Virus record (IMG/VR): IMGVR_UViG_3300048579_000348
Coordinates: 1-38,067 of that record
Strand: one strand, 5' to 3'
Source: a virus
Taxonomy: Duplodnaviria; Caudoviricetes
Length of the DNA stretch: 38,067 bases
Shown here: in pieces, positions 17,578-26,338 of the stretch
Numbering within the stretch: the stretch's first letter is position 1
How the letters are laid out: the number at the start of each line of letters is the position of its first letter
Translations under genes and position numbers: made by a program
Notes under the pieces: generated by a model
The model's database searches: none
The model's input: the letters and a program-made list of their open reading frames with translations, nothing else
Told to the model about the DNA's origin: nothing

Positions 17578-18441
17578 TTAATCAAGTTTGCCTTGAGCTT
17601 TCCTAATTGCTCCAGCAATGTTGTTTATTAATAGCTGTGGCATATCTTTCACTGTTTCTGCCAGGCTGTTAACACTGCCTACAATCTCCAGAAATTTCTT
17701 AGACATAATTTGATTATATTGATTTATTGCATTTTTAATTGCTTCGTTTTTTTCCTTCTCAGCATTTGTTTTGTACTGGGAGAACTCATTTTTGAAACTA
17801 TCAAAGGCTTCATTCAAAGTCTTTAATTCATTCATAAATTTCAAAGTCTCGGGATCTGTCTCGATAGAATTTTTTAAAAGCATTTTTCCTAATGCGTTTT
17901 TTAAATAAGGATTCTTGACAGAGTTATACATAACCTCGATTGACGTTGATATTGTTGTTGCATTGGTATCGACGGGAATAACACAAGCAGAATACTCATA
18001 CATACCCCATTTATCATAATAGACGTTTCCGTCCCTTTCTACGGGTTGCGAAATGGGATAAAAATGTTTACTCCAACTATCAAGTTGTTTGCTTTCGTAT
18101 AAGTCAAATAATTCACCTGCCAAACTCGAATCCCGCATTTCGGTTTTTGCCTTTAATAAATTATTTTCTGCAATTATCCATTCGTTTCGTGCAATTACAA
18201 AATCAAGTACATTCCATGCTCCTAAAGTGCCAAGAAAATCACTATCGCCATGATTGAATAGAACACGTGGGTTTTTTCTGAATTCTGTATCATCATAACC
18301 GGCAATATTAACAACTTGATGATAACGATTAGGTTCTCCGCCAGTTATGTAATGTGTGATTGTTTTTTTTGCTTTATCAACTTCGATATAAGCGTGACGG
18401 AAAGCATCTCTGAACGGACTGGTTAATAATTTATTTTTCAT
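17578..18441 (-). CDS. Prohead maturation protease (HK97 gp4 / S78-like) with coiled-coil C-terminus
   Basis: KNPRVLFNH and YEYSACVIPVD motifs; ATG at 18441 avoids overlap with the portal gene. Confidence 0.82.
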   Translation of the reverse strand: MKNKLLTSPFRDAFRHAYIEVDKAKKTITHYITGGEPNRYHQVVNIAGYDDTEFRKNPRVLFNHGDSDFLGTLGAWNVLDFVIARNEWIIAENNLLKAKTEMRDSSLAGELFDLYESKQLDSWSKHFYPISQPVERDGNVYYDKWGMYEYSACVIPVDTNATTISTSIEVMYNSVKNPYLKNALGKMLLKNSIETDPETLKFMNELKTLNEAFDSFKNEFSQYKTNAEKEKNEAIKNAINQYNQIMSKKFLEIVGSVNSLAETVKDMPQLLINNIAGAIRKAQGKLD

Positions 18442-18451
18442 TTTATAAAAT

Positions 18452-19759
18452 TTAATTATTTGTAATATCCTCTTGTTTAATATCCTCAATAGCTACATCA
18501 GGATTTGCAGAAGCACTTGAACCACTACCATTAAGTGGAGCAAAAAGGTCATCAGCTCTCGGGTCCGTTGATGGCTCATCACCCTCCAGCTCCCTGATTT
18601 GATTTATAGTCTTAAGCGAATATTTACGTGCATTCTCATAAGACTTCAATTGCATTTCTCTATCGGTAGCAAATTCATAATCGAATTCACAAATCAGACG
18701 TTTATCATAATTGTCCTTAAGAAACTGTGTGAGAGGCGGAGCAAACACTAAACCCATAAAAGGCGAAATGTTATTTTCTATCCAGTTACGAAGTGCAGAT
18801 TTAGAATTGTTATAGTTGACATCATCGGAAATATTCATTACCGTTTTATCAGTGTCAAGTATAACACAAATCTCATCTCTTATTGCCTGGCGGGATTTCA
18901 CATAATCCATTTCTCGGTTATTCTCTGAAGTCTTTGCAACTTTAAGCCCGGCAGACAGAACCATCCCTTTGTGTGCATTATGAGAGCCTGCATATTGAGA
19001 CTGTAACTGATTATCTAACTTCTCTCTTGTCCTTTCAGAAGTACCTGCAGGTGTTTCAATGACAGTTCCAAGATTTGCGTAATTATCAAAGAATTTTCTT
19101 TGGGTACGGTTCATCAGGAAATCTATATCGAGCGTGAAGTTAAATGCACTAACCGGGGCATGTCCTAAAATATTAGATTCAGGATTCGGAATTTTAAAGC
19201 GGATCATATTTTCCGGAAGTATTTTAATGCTCTTTCCGTTTATAACACACTCATAAAACTCAATTGATGTGTTTTGAGAATTTAAATGAATTGTAACATA
19301 CTTGGCTGGTATCGGTGTTAAATTAACCGGAAGACTGGATCCTAAGAAATCTACCTTATCGACAGCAACATAACCATTACCTTTCAGGTCGCAATTGCAT
19401 GAGGAGAGGAATAATATTTCTTTAAAACTTTGCCCAAAAGAATTATTACGATTTATAAGCTGAAAGAACGGATGGTCTGCTTTTACTTCATTACGCTTTG
19501 ATTTAAACTCTTTGTAGAGATAAATATTCCCCTTGGTAATATTCATTGCACGTTTCTTAATGCAGGCATAAGCGAAGGATTTATAATGACTCTTTGTTTC
19601 TATTGAATCATAAAACCCGAAGCCCTTAATTGGCTGCCATACCTCCACTGAATCTGAATAGTCCTGCGTACTGGGGTTGTCTGAATTCCTCAGCTTTGCT
19701 CTCTCGAGCATCTCTTTGTGAATCTGTGATTTGAAATTATATGTTTCCTCAAGTGACAT
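18452..19759 (-). CDS. Portal protein, HK97 family
   Basis: AYACI, LKGNGY, IRFK.PNP...GHAPV, NYNNS and TINQIRELEGDEP motifs. Confidence 0.93.
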   Translation of the reverse strand: MSLEETYNFKSQIHKEMLERAKLRNSDNPSTQDYSDSVEVWQPIKGFGFYDSIETKSHYKSFAYACIKKRAMNITKGNIYLYKEFKSKRNEVKADHPFFQLINRNNSFGQSFKEILFLSSCNCDLKGNGYVAVDKVDFLGSSLPVNLTPIPAKYVTIHLNSQNTSIEFYECVINGKSIKILPENMIRFKIPNPESNILGHAPVSAFNFTLDIDFLMNRTQRKFFDNYANLGTVIETPAGTSERTREKLDNQLQSQYAGSHNAHKGMVLSAGLKVAKTSENNREMDYVKSRQAIRDEICVILDTDKTVMNISDDVNYNNSKSALRNWIENNISPFMGLVFAPPLTQFLKDNYDKRLICEFDYEFATDREMQLKSYENARKYSLKTINQIRELEGDEPSTDPRADDLFAPLNGSGSSASANPDVAIEDIKQEDITNN

Positions 19760-19771
19760 TCGCTATAAAAT

Positions 19772-19834
19772 AAAAAAGGCAGTATTTCAAAAGTCCGTAA
19801 ACTTTCAAAATACTGCCTCAGTATTCCTGCCGGC
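19772..19834 (-). terminator. Leader terminator with conserved upstream box (copy 1)
   Basis: GCCGGCAGGAATACTGA-GGCAGTATTTTGAAAGT-TTACGG-ACTTTTGAAATACTGCC-TTTTTT; long stem with G.U pairs, ending just before the portal ATG. Confidence 0.85.
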
Positions 19835-19874
19835 AGCAGGGTAAAAAAAACTTATGTATAGAACAAATTCTCTA

Positions 19875-19905
19875 CAAAATTATAAACTTTAATTTTTAAT
19901 TGCAA
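19875..19905 (-). promoter_or_regulatory. Putative promoter between terL and portal
   Basis: TTGCAA-N17-TAATTTTG (TAnnTTTG type). Confidence 0.6.
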
Positions 19906-19914
19906 TAGTTAATT

Positions 19915-21171
19915 TTAAAAGAACGTTATTGAGGGCTGTACTGTCATTTTAAAAGCAATAAGAGAAAGCATAAAAGCAACGGCATCATCTCCGTGTCCGT
20001 CCTTATCCCGCTCAATTCTGAATACAATCTTATTCGATGGTAGTATTACTTTCTTTACCCTGTGAAAACTATTCAGCAAATGCCTGTCATCATTGAATTT
20101 CAACTTACCGTCTTCCATTAGTTTTTTAGCGAATGTAACCATCTCAGCAAAGAAATCAACATTGTTAGTAAACACGCCATCGCAATTACTAAGCTCCTCT
20201 TCCAATTCTTCAGCCAGTTGATATCCAATAGATCCTTTATCGATAAGAATTTTTTCAACATCGTTTAAATAATAGTTGTCTCTTATCTTTTGCTTTTGAA
20301 CTCCAAACCTTTCGTTTTTCATTTCCTCTTTATGTTTCAAATAAAAAGTCCCGTCGATTTCAGTAGAACAAACCATACAGGAACTATCCTTGGTACGTCC
20401 GATATCAACACCGGCATTTACCAATCCTTTTTTTTCTGCTGGATTGTAATCTTCAACGCAGGTTTTTAAAAGCGAATAAGGAAAGAATGAATTAAGCTCG
20501 TCTACAAACTCACACATATATTCCTGCCTGAAGGATTCTGAATCCATAGAATCTTTAATCTCCTGAATGTCACACTGAAATCCTTTTGTCATAGCTTCGT
20601 AGATATCTATTTTATACGGTACATAATTCTTATACTTTTTCCTTTCTTCAAATGGCTTTAAAGCTTCGTGATAGATTTCCGAAAAAAGATTCTCAAGTCC
20701 GAGCGGAGTTGAATTTATAATGACTGAATAATTTATTCCGTCTTTACGTTTACGGGTTATCGATGGCATTACAGCTTCATATACCTTATGGTCTTCATTA
20801 TACAAAGCAAACTCATCAAGCAGGATGTCTCCGGAGAAACTTCTAATCGTATCAGGATTAGGAGGCAAGCAAACAATCGCTTTATTGTTACTAAATCTTT
20901 TCTCGGTTTGTGTATCGACAATTAATTTTAAATCTATGAGCGATGGAAGTTTTTTAAACGCTGTTATAAATTGCTCGATAAAAAACATTACTCTTTTTGT
21001 TTGCCTGAGGGAATTAGATACAATCAGCTGGTCTCTGTTTTCAAAGATGCACCGCTTAAGCATTTTATATGCGAATGCAAATGAGTAACCAATCTGACGG
21101 GCTTTAACGTTTATTTCAAAGCGGTTGGTTCGTTGAATAATTTCCTTCTGATATGGATAGAGAATTCCCAT
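19915..21171 (-). CDS. terL: Terminase large subunit
   Basis: LYPYQ, KARQIGYS (Walker A variant), LLDEFA (Walker B), STP, AGVDIG and HGDDAVA nuclease motifs. Confidence 0.95.
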   Translation of the reverse strand: MGILYPYQKEIIQRTNRFEINVKARQIGYSFAFAYKMLKRCIFENRDQLIVSNSLRQTKRVMFFIEQFITAFKKLPSLIDLKLIVDTQTEKRFSNNKAIVCLPPNPDTIRSFSGDILLDEFALYNEDHKVYEAVMPSITRKRKDGINYSVIINSTPLGLENLFSEIYHEALKPFEERKKYKNYVPYKIDIYEAMTKGFQCDIQEIKDSMDSESFRQEYMCEFVDELNSFFPYSLLKTCVEDYNPAEKKGLVNAGVDIGRTKDSSCMVCSTEIDGTFYLKHKEEMKNERFGVQKQKIRDNYYLNDVEKILIDKGSIGYQLAEELEEELSNCDGVFTNNVDFFAEMVTFAKKLMEDGKLKFNDDRHLLNSFHRVKKVILPSNKIVFRIERDKDGHGDDAVAFMLSLIAFKMTVQPSITFF

Positions 21172-21632
21172 TACTCGAACATTTCTTGAATTTCTTTTTT
21201 CGCCTGTTCTTTGTCTACAACCCTTAAATCAACTTCCTGTCTTTCCTTATACTTTGTAGGACGTCTGTTTTTAAGTAAAAATATTCCGGCGGTTGGATTC
21301 GGAGGCTCTGATTTCTTTATTTTCTTTACTACTTTGACTTCCGTCTTTCCATCAGCTCCACCCGGGATATATTCTAAATGCTCTTCGACATACTCATAAC
21401 CGACTGCACGTTTTTGCATAGCATTTTCAACTTCGACGTTTGCAACTACCTTCTGCCTTTTTATAGCCTCCGCTTTTTCCGTATTTTCGCTTAAATATTT
21501 GTAATACGTTGTTTTACCAATTCCGATATATTCGCATATTTCCTCATCGAGATATCCGAATTTTGCAAGCTCTAAAATCTTAGCCCAGTTATCCTCAATT
21601 ACAAAATATTTACTTTTCCGTCCCTTTTTCAT
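21171..21632 (-). CDS. terS: Terminase small subunit
   Basis: N-terminal HTH (DEEICEYIGIGKTTYYKY), KRAVGYEY, PPNPTAGIFLLKNR; abuts terL. Confidence 0.85.
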   Translation of the reverse strand: MKKGRKSKYFVIEDNWAKILELAKFGYLDEEICEYIGIGKTTYYKYLSENTEKAEAIKRQKVVANVEVENAMQKRAVGYEYVEEHLEYIPGGADGKTEVKVVKKIKKSEPPNPTAGIFLLKNRRPTKYKERQEVDLRVVDKEQAKKEIQEMFE

Positions 21633-22999
21633 ATTTCGTATTTTTTAATGTTCAAAGGCTTGCCGTTTAATTTTATATCGATGGACTTTTTATTTTCCCT
21701 GCAGAACTTTATATAACGCTTTACAATCACATCGCAGTACTTTGGATCCAGTTCCATCAGGAAAGCCCTTCTACTCATCTGGTCACATCCCAGGAGCGTA
21801 CTTCCTGAGCCTCCGAAGAAATCTAAAACAATGTCATTTTCCTTTGAATTTTTATTTATTGCCCGTTCCGGCAGCCTGACGGGTTTCTGTGTTGGATGAA
21901 CGTAATTTTGAGTTGCGTCTCTTTTTACATACCATACATCGAATAGCTCCTGAAAGTCCTTATAATCGAGATTAAAAGCGTCCTGCAGGTTATTTATGAA
22001 TTTATTACTGAAATGTGTCTTTCCTTTCTTCCATCCAAACAAACACGGTTCATAGCATCTATGATAATCCTGACCGCGTGAAAGTACAAATCCGTTTTTA
22101 ATCCAAATTATTGTTTGAGAAATATACCAATTAGCCTTTAAAAATGCCTGTCTGTTGATGTGTTGATTTCTGCCGGCGAACCACCAGTAAATACAAACCG
22201 AGTCTTTCGAAAACTTATAGAGATTCTCCAGGGCGGCCGTATAAAACTCAATGCAATCCTTATCCGATTTGTTATCGTTAAAAATCTTTCCTCCGGACTC
22301 ACCATATTTTTTTGAATCATAGCTTAAACCTCCAGGAGATTTATAATCCACGTTGTATGGCGGATCCGTGAAAATCAAATCAGCGAGTTCTTTATTCATT
22401 AGCTTTTTTACATCCTCCTCGAGGGTGCAATCTCCGTTCATGAGTCTATGCGGTCCCAGCTGATAGATATCTCCTTTTTTCGATATCGGTTTTTTGATAG
22501 ATTCATAAACCTCGTCTGAATTGAAATCGTCCTCTTTTACTTCCAGGGTGAAATTTTTCAGTTCGAAATACTCAAGATTAAAGTCCGGGATATCGATAAC
22601 GGATTTCACCTCCTCGAAAGTGAGTTTGTTTTCTTCCAGGTACTTCAGAAATCCCTCTTCTGTTACCTGAGCATAAATGCTTGAGTAAATCAGAACCAAT
22701 CTACTGGCTTCCTTGCGGTCCTTGCAGTTTATAAAATCTGCCCGAAACTTATCAGGGACCTTATACCCCTCGCTGATGAGATCCTTTAAAACAAGTATTC
22801 TGTGATATCCATCCAGGCAATAAAGCTTCTTACCGGACCTCCACAGCTTGAACGATTCTATGAAGTTATTTTTTATGATAGATTCTTTCAGTTTTGAATA
22901 TGCCTCCTGAGAGAGTTTTTTAAAAGAATCCGATTGAATGAACTCAAACTTTTTCCAGCTTACGAGTTCCGATTTAATGATGCGATTTTTTATGTCCAT
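21629..22999 (-). CDS. ParB-like N-terminal domain fused to an N6A/N4C DNA methyltransferase (beta class)
   Basis: LDGYHR (ParB-like), TDPPY, HPTQKP and DFFGGSGST motifs. Confidence 0.92.
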   Translation of the reverse strand: MDIKNRIIKSELVSWKKFEFIQSDSFKKLSQEAYSKLKESIIKNNFIESFKLWRSGKKLYCLDGYHRILVLKDLISEGYKVPDKFRADFINCKDRKEASRLVLIYSSIYAQVTEEGFLKYLEENKLTFEEVKSVIDIPDFNLEYFELKNFTLEVKEDDFNSDEVYESIKKPISKKGDIYQLGPHRLMNGDCTLEEDVKKLMNKELADLIFTDPPYNVDYKSPGGLSYDSKKYGESGGKIFNDNKSDKDCIEFYTAALENLYKFSKDSVCIYWWFAGRNQHINRQAFLKANWYISQTIIWIKNGFVLSRGQDYHRCYEPCLFGWKKGKTHFSNKFINNLQDAFNLDYKDFQELFDVWYVKRDATQNYVHPTQKPVRLPERAINKNSKENDIVLDFFGGSGSTLLGCDQMSRRAFLMELDPKYCDVIVKRYIKFCRENKKSIDIKLNGKPLNIKKYEI

Positions 23000-23010
23000 A
23001 TTAATAAATT

Positions 23011-23076
23011 AAAAAAGGCGAAACCTGAAAACCAATATCATTGATTCTCAAATTTCGCCTCAGTATTCCTGCCAGC
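23011..23076 (-). terminator. Leader terminator with conserved upstream box (copy 2)
   Basis: GCTGGCAGGAATACTGA-GGCGAAATTTGAGAATCAA-TGATA-TTGGTTTTCAGGTTTCGCC-TTTTTT; ends just before the methyltransferase ATG. Confidence 0.85.
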
Positions 23077-23116
23077 GATTTATTATTACAAAATTTCCTT
23101 AAGAACTATTTTAAAA

Positions 23117-23329
23117 TTAAGTTATCGTTGATTCCAAAATTAATATAGCTTTTTCTAAAGAGGAAATAGTTTTCACGATATCAACCTTTCTCATAACTTC
23201 TGTTGTTGATGGTTTCATTGCCTCCGGATAACTATCAACTTCAAGTGCGGTGTTTCTTTTTTCTGACTCTTCCTTTAGCTTTTCCAACCGGTACAACTCG
23301 TTTTTTAATATCTGTATTGCATAATTCAT
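23117..23329 (-). CDS. Hypothetical helical-hairpin protein (paralog of 30621-30803)
   Basis: MNYAIQIL...LEKAILIL. Confidence 0.7.
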   Translation of the reverse strand: MNYAIQILKNELYRLEKLKEESEKRNTALEVDSYPEAMKPSTTEVMRKVDIVKTISSLEKAILILESTIT

Positions 23330-23344
23330 TATTGTTCCTTTTTA

Positions 23345-23375
23345 CAAAATTATATAAACTTTTTTTTAATTACAA
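23345..23375 (-). promoter_or_regulatory. Putative late promoter
   Basis: TTGTAA-N17-TAATTTTG; spacer closely resembles that of the promoter at 19875-19905. Confidence 0.6.
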
Positions 23376-23603
23376 TTTGTTTAATGCTTTTTTCTTATCG
23401 GTCGCTTTTAATATCTGGTTAATTTTTGTCCTTTCGACCTTCCCGTCTTTGATTATGATTCCGACCTCACCGAAAGCGTATAGAGATTTTTTTATACGTT
23501 TGATTTCATTAAAAGCTAAATAAAGGTTGTCAATCTCATCCTTTTCGAATTCAAACTCTTCTCCACAGATTTTTATTTTGTCTTTTACAGTTAATCCAGC
23601 CAT
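23370..23603 (-). CDS. DUF2292/YezD-like small protein; candidate late-gene regulator
   Basis: FGEVGIIIKDGKVERTKI matches the remembered (F/Y)G-x-V-x-I-x-(I/V)-x-DG-x-V pattern; last early gene before the late promoter. Confidence 0.6.
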   Translation of the reverse strand: MAGLTVKDKIKICGEEFEFEKDEIDNLYLAFNEIKRIKKSLYAFGEVGIIIKDGKVERTKINQILKATDKKKALNKL

Positions 23604-23848
23604 TGTATAAATATAATCTCCGCTTTAAAGTTATTGTTTTTATAGAATCGAATACTTGTAATTAAATATTTTGCAGGCTTACCGTCTTTATTAAATATTA
23701 TATATTCCTCTCTTTTCGGTTTTTTAGGACCATAACCCCTGACGTGGATGCATAACAAATACGGTTTATCTCTTTCTTCAACCTCGATATGGTGTTTTCC
23801 TTCCTTTGAATAATCGTGAATAACTTCTGAATCACTTTTCTTTTCCAT
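23591..23848 (-). CDS. Hypothetical protein
   Basis: 85-aa ORF in operon orientation, overlapping the next gene. Confidence 0.6.
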   Translation of the reverse strand: MEKKSDSEVIHDYSKEGKHHIEVEERDKPYLLCIHVRGYGPKKPKREEYIIFNKDGKPAKYLITSIRFYKNNNFKAEIIFIQWLD

Positions 23849-23877
23849 AACTCCCGATTTAAACTTAATAAAATATT

Positions 23878-24138
23878 TTAATAAATCAAACGTTGCAATT
23901 CCCTTTTCTCCAGTAAAAACTTTTCTGCAATTTTAAGTATTGGCATCTCCGCGGCGGAATAACATTGCTGATAGAATTCCTTATCCTGCGGATTATTCTC
24001 AATCAGCTTTTCGACTTCCCGGGTTAATTTATTCACTGCTATATCGTAGCTCTCAAATGCATCAAGCAAATCAGTAAACCTGGTACAAAACCGATTAATA
24101 ACATCCTGTCTTTTTTTCTTGCGTTCAGCTCTGGTCAT
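23878..24138 (-). CDS. Hypothetical protein
   Basis: 86-aa ORF with 4-nt overlap to the upstream gene. Confidence 0.6.
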   Translation of the reverse strand: MTRAERKKKRQDVINRFCTRFTDLLDAFESYDIAVNKLTREVEKLIENNPQDKEFYQQCYSAAEMPILKIAEKFLLEKRELQRLIY

Positions 24139-24542
24139 TTATTATAACTGTATTTACAAAAATTTAATAAATCGTTATCGGTAATATTTAATATCTGGAA
24201 CCGTACTACCCAAACAATTTCCCTCGAGGCTTTCCATGCTCTCCAATAAGCAGGGGTTGGAATAAACTTTCCACACTTGATATTATTTGCGGCCATAAAT
24301 TCAAATCCCTCGAGGATGTAATCCGAATCCGGAGCATTAATCATATTTTGCTGATATGGTTGCTCTACCAGCTGGATCTCTCCGAACTTCTTTCCTCCGT
24401 ACCTTGGAGACTTATCCCAGGCCTGCAGTACTTCACCCTTATAAAACGTTTTTGCATACTTCGAATCCCACGTCCTCCGGGTGACCGATTTAACTTTCAT
24501 TACAACTGCAGGCGTAGTCCACGCAAAAGAAATTATTCGCAT
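24135..24542 (-). CDS. ASCH/PUA-like domain protein
   Basis: ISF...VKSVTRR, GEVLQAW, FGEIQL, LEGF and VWVVRF motifs. Confidence 0.7.
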   Translation of the reverse strand: MRIISFAWTTPAVVMKVKSVTRRTWDSKYAKTFYKGEVLQAWDKSPRYGGKKFGEIQLVEQPYQQNMINAPDSDYILEGFEFMAANNIKCGKFIPTPAYWRAWKASREIVWVVRFQILNITDNDLLNFCKYSYNK

Positions 24543-24856
24543 TTAATATTCTCCCGTGTAAAATTTTCAATTATCCCTCTTTTAATAATGGGACCTGGCG
24601 CATTTGGAATATATCCCCCGGGCTGTAAAGTATTAAAGAAATTTTTGCCTGTATCTTTCATACCGGTAATATGTTTTGCAAGAACGTCCAATGACTGTGT
24701 GAATGCTTTTGCTCGTTCGGAAAACTCCGCGCAAAAAGAAAATAAAGCCGCAATCTCAATATTATTCAATCGAAATTCCCTCGATAGACTAACCATTTTA
24801 ATTAATTTTTTGCGTGGAATCTTCGGAAATTTATTATATAGATATTTCGTTCTCAA
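24533..24856 (-). CDS. Hypothetical protein
   Basis: ORF fills the gap in the operon (TTG start, uncertain). Confidence 0.45.
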   Translation of the reverse strand: MRTKYLYNKFPKIPRKKLIKMVSLSREFRLNNIEIAALFSFCAEFSERAKAFTQSLDVLAKHITGMKDTGKNFFNTLQPGGYIPNAPGPIIKRGIIENFTRENIKCE

Positions 24857-24859
24857 AGT

Positions 24860-25264
24860 TTAAATTACCTCCGTTTCTATCATAGTTATTGTTGCATCGA
24901 GTTGAACCTCTAATTTCCTACAATGTTTCAGCATATTAACGGAGTGATTTTTAAAGAATTCTTTTTGTGCCGTTCGTAAATCCTTTGCAAGCGAAAGAAG
25001 TAAGTTTAATTTTTTATCCGAATCCGTAAGCGGTTTAATTTTTACGTTTAAAATATCAAAGCCAGATTTATTCAATTCGTTTATGATATTATCTGCATCC
25101 TCATAAACTTCCTTTTTAAATTCATCAGGAAGTAAGTCCATAACATTTTTAATAGTCGGGACTCCGTTTCGCCATCCCCTTGCGTTTGCAATAGTAGTTG
25201 CAATCAATTCCCTGATTTTATTTTTATCGGTGTTACGGTTTTTCATATCCGTTGGGTTTCCCAT
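24860..25264 (-). CDS. Hypothetical phage protein
   Basis: 134-aa ORF with TAATG coupling; LRTAQKEFFK..CRKLE C-terminal motif. Confidence 0.65.
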   Translation of the reverse strand: MGNPTDMKNRNTDKNKIRELIATTIANARGWRNGVPTIKNVMDLLPDEFKKEVYEDADNIINELNKSGFDILNVKIKPLTDSDKKLNLLLSLAKDLRTAQKEFFKNHSVNMLKHCRKLEVQLDATITMIETEVI

Positions 25265-25629
25265 TACTCCGATCCCTCCTCAACTCTTGGTAAATTTTTT
25301 AAACGTTCACGCTCTTTTTTTGAAAGAACACAAGCGCATCCGTTATTTTCTTCCCATTCTTTAGCGTGGTCGATTAACTGTTTTGCAATACCTTTATAAA
25401 AATTCCGAACATCGGGTCCCATCATACGATAGAATGTTAATGCCCCGGCTTTACCGTGTTGGCGTGCTAATTTTTCAGCAAGATTTTGTAAATGGAAAGT
25501 ACCTTCGTAAAGAGCCTCAGCCAGCTCATCGATACTTAGCTTATCTTCTTTACCTTTTAGCATAACTGAATTCAGATTGCGACTTGCGAATAGTTCTTCT
25601 AAGCCTTTGATTTTGTCTTTATCTTCCAT
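25264..25629 (-). CDS. Hypothetical phage protein
   Basis: 121-aa ORF in operon. Confidence 0.65.
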   Translation of the reverse strand: MEDKDKIKGLEELFASRNLNSVMLKGKEDKLSIDELAEALYEGTFHLQNLAEKLARQHGKAGALTFYRMMGPDVRNFYKGIAKQLIDHAKEWEENNGCACVLSKKERERLKNLPRVEEGSE

Positions 25630-25645
25630 TTTTTTCCTTCCGTTT

Positions 25646-25834
25646 TTATTTAATTTGAATTTGAGAATAACATTTTTCTAACCATTTTTTAAAATTTTCT
25701 TTTCTCTCCGGATTAAACTCTTTTGGAATTGGCATATGAGTATTGACCGGGTTCATTGCTAAATTTTTAATCGTTTCCTCTCTTATTCGCTCACACCACT
25801 CCGGAAAGGTTTCACGCTTATTATTTCCCATCAC
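25646..25834 (-). CDS. Hypothetical protein
   Basis: 62-aa ORF overlapping the upstream gene. Confidence 0.5.
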   Translation of the reverse strand: MMGNNKRETFPEWCERIREETIKNLAMNPVNTHMPIPKEFNPERKENFKKWLEKCYSQIQIK

Positions 25835-26291
25835 CCTCTCCCAGCAATAAAGGCATATTGATTTTATTATCTTCTACCAGTTCAAAGAAAGTTTTATCCT
25901 CTTTAAAATTGTATAGATACGGCAGAAATATTTCCTGCGGCTTTGCCTGGTCAATTTCAATCAGGCTGACGTTAATATGAACCCAGTCAAGCAATATCTT
26001 CCATGCGGTTCTTTCAGCCTGCTCACGGATGGTTCTCTTACGTGCGTCGATATCACGAACCCGGTGAAACGAAACTCCTTTAAGCATCCTGTTGTAAACA
26101 GCGTCTACCTTTGCCGGAAGTTTAAAAGAAAGCGGTTTATCGTTAACCGGGAGCTGGAAGACAAACCCATCAACGGATTTATCTTTGTAGCTTTTAGAAA
26201 TGTGTGTTGCACCTGCAGATACTAAAAGCAGTTCTATTTTTTCTACGCTCCTGGATGCAGGAATTGTCGAGCTGTAATTTTTTAAATTCAT
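25821..26291 (-). CDS. Conserved-looking hypothetical phage protein
   Basis: NYSSTIPASRS..IE.LL...GA and QAERTAWKILLDWV..EIFLPY motifs recalled from uncharacterised phage early proteins. Confidence 0.7.
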   Translation of the reverse strand: MNLKNYSSTIPASRSVEKIELLLVSAGATHISKSYKDKSVDGFVFQLPVNDKPLSFKLPAKVDAVYNRMLKGVSFHRVRDIDARKRTIREQAERTAWKILLDWVHINVSLIEIDQAKPQEIFLPYLYNFKEDKTFFELVEDNKINMPLLLGEGDGK

Positions 26292-26338
26292 TTTATTTGG
26301 GTTTGATTTAAAATATATTAGTTAAATTATTATAAAAT

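Noticed and set aside
19815-23073. The 17-nt repeat as an att core, CRISPR repeat or IS end
   Set aside because: Only two copies, each fused to a terminator stem in the same orientation before an ATG; recombination between them would delete terminase; no spacers or transposase
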